Shown: positions 29,019-32,000 of the stretch, piece after piece | Layout of the letters: each line of letters opens with the position of its first letter | Position numbering within the stretch: position 1 is the first letter of the stretch | Origin: Aquifex aeolicus VF5 | GTDB taxonomy: Bacteria; Aquificota; Aquificia; Aquificales; Aquificaceae | Assembly (NCBI RefSeq): GCF_000008625.1 | Contig: NC_000918.1 | Coordinates: 300,001 to 332,000, forward strand | Direction of reading: 5' to 3' | DNA length: 32,000 nt | Program-made: the position numbers and the translations under genes | The notes under the pieces: model-generated | The model's input: the letters and a program-made list of their open reading frames with translations, nothing else | What the model was told of the DNA's origin: nothing | The model's database searches: none

Positions 29019-29534
29019 TCAGATAAGTTCCTTAACCTTGTTCACGACTTCGTCGTAGTTAGGCTCTTCTGTTATTTCGGGAACGAGTTGAACGTAAGCT
29101 ACTTTCCCTTCCTTGTCAATTATAAACACAGCCCTCGCGAGTATTCCCTTGAGAGCCCCTTCTCCTATGAGAACGCCGTACTTTTCCATATCCCTGTACC
29201 TGAAGTCCGAGGCAACGGTTACGTTCTGTATGTTGAAACTCTCACAGAACCTCTTTTGAGCGAAGGGAAGATCCATAGAAACTACGGTGACGTCTACTCC
29301 TTCCATACCTGCCATTATCTCGTTGAACTTTTTAGTTTCAGTCTCACAAACGGGTGTATCCAGGGAGGGAACGGTGATTATTACCTGAACTACGTCCTTC
29401 GCACCGCCCACTATCTTTTCCTGAAGGTCCTTTGTAACTACAACGGCCTCGGGTGCTCTATCTCCTACTTTTAACTCTGGTCCCACAAGCGTAACAGGGT
29501 TTCCTTTTAGGTTTACGGTTCTGGCCATAACCAC
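29019..29534 (-). CDS. tpx: Thiol peroxidase (atypical 2-Cys peroxiredoxin Tpx). The likely true start is ATG at 29528.
   Basis: VPSLDTPVCETE peroxidatic-Cys motif and FCES resolving-Cys region. GGAGG is 5 nt upstream of ATG 29528. Confidence 0.9.
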   Translation of the reverse strand: MVMARTVNLKGNPVTLVGPELKVGDRAPEAVVVTKDLQEKIVGGAKDVVQVIITVPSLDTPVCETETKKFNEIMAGMEGVDVTVVSMDLPFAQKRFCESFNIQNVTVASDFRYRDMEKYGVLIGEGALKGILARAVFIIDKEGKVAYVQLVPEITEEPNYDEVVNKVKELI

Positions 29535-29564
29535 CTCCTTCCTTTTGTGAGGATTATTTTACGA

Positions 29565-29584
29565 TGAGAAATTTTTTCAGTTAA
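29565..29584 (-). promoter_or_regulatory. Shared 20-nt element, copy 2 (plus strand TGAGAAATTTTTTCAGTTAA), upstream of tpx
   Basis: 19/20 identical to 28982..29001. It lies between the Crp/Fnr-family gene stop (29597) and tpx, immediately upstream of a TAAAAT -10-like hexamer (minus strand, 29561..29556). Confidence 0.5.
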
Positions 29585-29596
29585 TGATATGAGTCA

Positions 29597-30319
29597 TCAA
29601 ACTACAAGTTTTTCTAAAGCCTTTTTATCAATTATCTCTATATAGCCCCTCTCAGTGTTTATTATTCCCTGCTTCTTCCACTTGCTCATAACCCTGATAG
29701 TGGTTTCCACCGTTGTTCCCGTCATCTCGGCTATGTCCTGCCTCGTAAGAGGAAGCCTTATTATTATCCTTCCGTCCTTCTTTTCGCCCGCCTTTTCGGC
29801 GAGTTCAAGTAAGAGCTTTGCTATTCTCTCCTCCACTTTACCCGAAGCTATGCTCTTTAAAACTTCATAGGTCTGAAGGAGGTTGTGGGTAGCGTCGCAG
29901 GTGAGTTTTATAGCTATAGCGGGGTACTTTATGGCGAGGTTTATAAAGTACTTGTTAGATATGTATAGTATGGTTGAGGGCAGGGCTGCCATTGCCGTGT
30001 ACTTGAACTTGGGAACACTCTTTCCCCACTCAATCCAGCCGAAAACCTCACCGGGGAATACGAGCCTTACTATTATGCTCCTTCCGTCGGAAGTTTCTTT
30101 TATTAACTTAACGAGACCTTCAACGAGTATGAATATCCCCGGTTCTGCCTCCTCTTCGAAGAAGATATACTCTCCCTTCATGTAATTCCTGACTTGTATG
30201 TACTTTGCAACTTCTCTTAATTCCTGAGGACTCAAATCCTCAAAGAGGTGCGTTTTCTTGAGGAGATCTATTTTTAAATCCTCTGGAGTTTGCCCTTTGC
30301 TAAAAGCTCCTTGCGCCAT
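29597..30319 (-). CDS. Crp/Fnr-family transcriptional regulator
   Basis: N-terminal cNMP-binding-type beta-roll (LFEDLSPQEL...GEYIFFEEEAEPGIFILVEGLVKL...FPGEVFG) and a C-terminal HTH (LTRQDIAEMTGTTVETTIRVMSKW). It has no FNR-type N-terminal Cys cluster. Confidence 0.85.
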   Translation of the reverse strand: MAQGAFSKGQTPEDLKIDLLKKTHLFEDLSPQELREVAKYIQVRNYMKGEYIFFEEEAEPGIFILVEGLVKLIKETSDGRSIIVRLVFPGEVFGWIEWGKSVPKFKYTAMAALPSTILYISNKYFINLAIKYPAIAIKLTCDATHNLLQTYEVLKSIASGKVEERIAKLLLELAEKAGEKKDGRIIIRLPLTRQDIAEMTGTTVETTIRVMSKWKKQGIINTERGYIEIIDKKALEKLVV

Positions 30320-30432
30320 CCTTTTCCTCCTACAACAACAGTTGGTTCAAAAACTACGTAATCTGTGTGAAAGGGGACCTTGTTCTTACCTCCGAAGGTG
30401 TGGTTGTCCCCTATTGCTACGTGGATAGTTCC
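30274..30432 (-). pseudogene. Out-of-frame C-terminal segment of the M29 aminopeptidase
   Basis: My hand translation of the neighbouring frame gives GTIHVAIGDNHTFGGKNKVPFHTDYVVFEPTVVVGGKGWRKELLAKGKLQRI*. This is the conserved M29 C-terminal metal-ligand region. It runs 46 nt into the Crp/Fnr gene. Confidence 0.7.
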
Positions 30433-31355
30433 ATAATCTTTTCCGCTTCCAGAATGTTGTCAGCCCTTCTAGCCTTCGGATTTGTTCCCACACCAAATTC
30501 CGCAATGTAGCGGGCGTTAGGGTAAGTGTCGAAAACCCTCTCCAGTTCGTACCTGTAATCTTCAAAGCCCTCTATTCTCTCAACCGCTCCGTCTTTAAAG
30601 TAAAGGGTTATCTCCCTTTCTAGTTTTCTGTTTGGAGCGTACAGAATTACGAGTTTTCCGAAGGCACTTTCCTCAATGGGTGCTATGAAAGCCTCTCCCG
30701 CCGGAAGGTTTCCGTAAGAGCCGGGTTCTGTCAGGAGCCCCGTATCGGGAATCCCCTTCCTTCCCTTTATAGAAAACTCTAAGTTTACGCCGTAAGGACT
30801 GCTGACCTCAACGTACTCACCTTCCGTCAGTACTTCCGCTATATCCGTGCTCAGCTTCGCAACGTAATCCCAGTCAACGTCCATCGGTCCTAAGAACATC
30901 TCGGGTTCAAAGAGAGGCATAGACGCGTATCTCGCTTTAAAAACGTCTGTCAATACTTTTCTGTAAGTTGTGTGAGTGGTTGAGTAGTGGGAAAGGGCGA
31001 TTACAACGTTCGGAACTTTTTCGGAGTAACTTTTTAAAATTTCTGCGAGTTTTTCGTAATCGTAGGGCTCTTTATTCAAAACCTTTTCAAAAATTCCCTC
31101 TTCCTTTAAAACTTCTACAGCCTTTTTACCGAAGGTTTCAACCCACAGAACTTCTGGAGGTTCTTTACCGTGCTGTCCCGTAGAGGGGAAAACGATAGTT
31201 TTTACCTCCGGAGTTATACCTTTTGCTACTTTTTCAATTTCCTTTAAAACCTCGGATAATTCCTTCCTGTAGTCGTCCGTGAACGCCAGTAAGTACTCAT
31301 TACCCTTTAGGGCTAAATTGATTGTAAGAAGCTTTTGTATCTGAGGTTCAAACAT
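30417..31355 (-). CDS. M29-family (AmpS/aminopeptidase T-like) aminopeptidase, truncated by a frameshift near its 3' end
   Basis: Family-like segments NLPAGEAFIAP and AEFGVGTNP. The ORF stops at ...EAEKIMELST*, just where the family continues with GT.H.A.GDN. Confidence 0.75.
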   Translation of the reverse strand: MFEPQIQKLLTINLALKGNEYLLAFTDDYRKELSEVLKEIEKVAKGITPEVKTIVFPSTGQHGKEPPEVLWVETFGKKAVEVLKEEGIFEKVLNKEPYDYEKLAEILKSYSEKVPNVVIALSHYSTTHTTYRKVLTDVFKARYASMPLFEPEMFLGPMDVDWDYVAKLSTDIAEVLTEGEYVEVSSPYGVNLEFSIKGRKGIPDTGLLTEPGSYGNLPAGEAFIAPIEESAFGKLVILYAPNRKLEREITLYFKDGAVERIEGFEDYRYELERVFDTYPNARYIAEFGVGTNPKARRADNILEAEKIMELST

Positions 31356-31381
31356 TTCTAATTAATAATAATAAAAAATTT

Positions 31382-32000
31382 TTATCGGATTGGTACTCCG
31401 ATTCCTCCGAGGAGGTACTTGAGATCTTCGTCAACAAACTCCAGACCTACACCTCCAAAAAATCCCCTTAACTTCGAGTTTAAAAGATCGTCCCCGCCGA
31501 ATCTAACGTACAGGTTCCTGTTTATGTACCAGTGAATGCCGATTTGAAGGTTCGGTTTCAAATCCTTATCCTGCGGTCTGTCCTTTCTCCCGAAGTCCCA
31601 GAGATCCGCAAACAGGTACTTGTCCCTGTAAATGTAGTAATCCGCTCCTACACCTCCGGTGTTTTCTTTAAGCCCACCCCTTAAAGTTAATGTCCTTCCG
31701 AAAAGGGAGAAGTTTCTGGCGTACTGGAGCGTAAACTCTGGCTTGAACTCCTTCTTCACCACTTCCCTTCCGTCGAGGTACTCTTCTCTGTAAACCCTTC
31801 CTCTTGAATCTCCTACAACTTCCAGCAAGTAGTACTTATCCCTGTCTGGAACAAGTCTGACGGAAAGTATTCCCTTTGAATCCCCTTCCCTGTAGAGTTC
31901 TCCCCTGAGTCCTATGTAGAGCTGCGTCTTTTCCACAACCTTTCCCGCCTTTCCTAAAGCTTTAACACCCTGATTCACGTTCTCGTAGAGTTCTTCGTCT
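31382..32000 (-). CDS. Beta-strand-rich envelope or outer-membrane-like protein, C-terminal part. The ORF stays open to the window edge.
   Basis: Alternating hydrophobic strands (LYIGLRGELY, TLQYARNFSLFGRTLTLRGGL, LQIGIHWYINRNLYVRFGG, GGVGLEF). The frame stays open upstream of the GTG at 31978, so the gene is probably 5'-partial. Confidence 0.35.
   Translation of the reverse strand, partial: DEELYENVNQGVKALGKAGKVVEKTQLYIGLRGELYREGDSKGILSVRLVPDRDKYYLLEVVGDSRGRVYREEYLDGREVVKKEFKPEFTLQYARNFSLFGRTLTLRGGLKENTGGVGADYYIYRDKYLFADLWDFGRKDRPQDKDLKPNLQIGIHWYINRNLYVRFGGDDLLNSKLRGFFGGVGLEFVDEDLKYLLGGIGVPIR

Noticed and set aside
30320-30416. Apparent 97-nt non-coding gap between the aminopeptidase ORF and the Crp/Fnr gene, which also contains a TGTGA CRP-like half-site
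   Set aside because: The gap translates in another frame into the conserved M29 C-terminus. It is displaced coding sequence, not a regulatory spacer. The lone TGTGA has no symmetric partner.

Overview
This is a densely packed chromosomal segment of roughly 40 genes. Most gene junctions are gaps of under 40 nt or overlaps. The lysine/glutamate/arginine(AGG/AGA)-rich proteins and the gene set point to a hyperthermophilic Aquificae genome, most consistent with Aquifex aeolicus; this attribution is inference, not a database result.

Most of the content is housekeeping: accD, ilvB, gatB, glyA, eno, panD, an MtaB-like methylthiotransferase and a KamA-family radical SAM enzyme. The rest falls into four groups:
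- Sulfur and thiol-redox genes: an archaeal-type sulfur oxygenase reductase, a single-domain rhodanese, a two-domain protein disulfide oxidoreductase, and Bcp, Tpx and AhpC-type peroxiredoxins.
- An MgtC - DUF190 - CrcB - DUF190 string.
- A heavy-metal RND efflux operon.
- Several small orphan genes.

I saw no rRNA, tRNA, CRISPR array, IS/transposase, integrase or prophage signal, and no convincing intrinsic terminators. I cannot point to a clear-cut new multi-gene system.

The items most worth a second look are:
1. A 19/20-identical 20-nt element upstream of both tpx and ahpC, next to a Crp/Fnr-family regulator.
2. A perfect 11-bp inverted repeat in the sor/bcp divergent intergenic region.
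3. crcB sandwiched between two DUF190 paralogs with no room for a fluoride riboswitch.
4. An archaemetzincin translationally coupled to an unknown helical protein.
5. Three genes broken by frameshifts: the ClC channel, the outer-membrane factor of the RND pump, and the M29 aminopeptidase.
6. An EAL-HDOD protein whose EAL catalytic motifs look degenerate.
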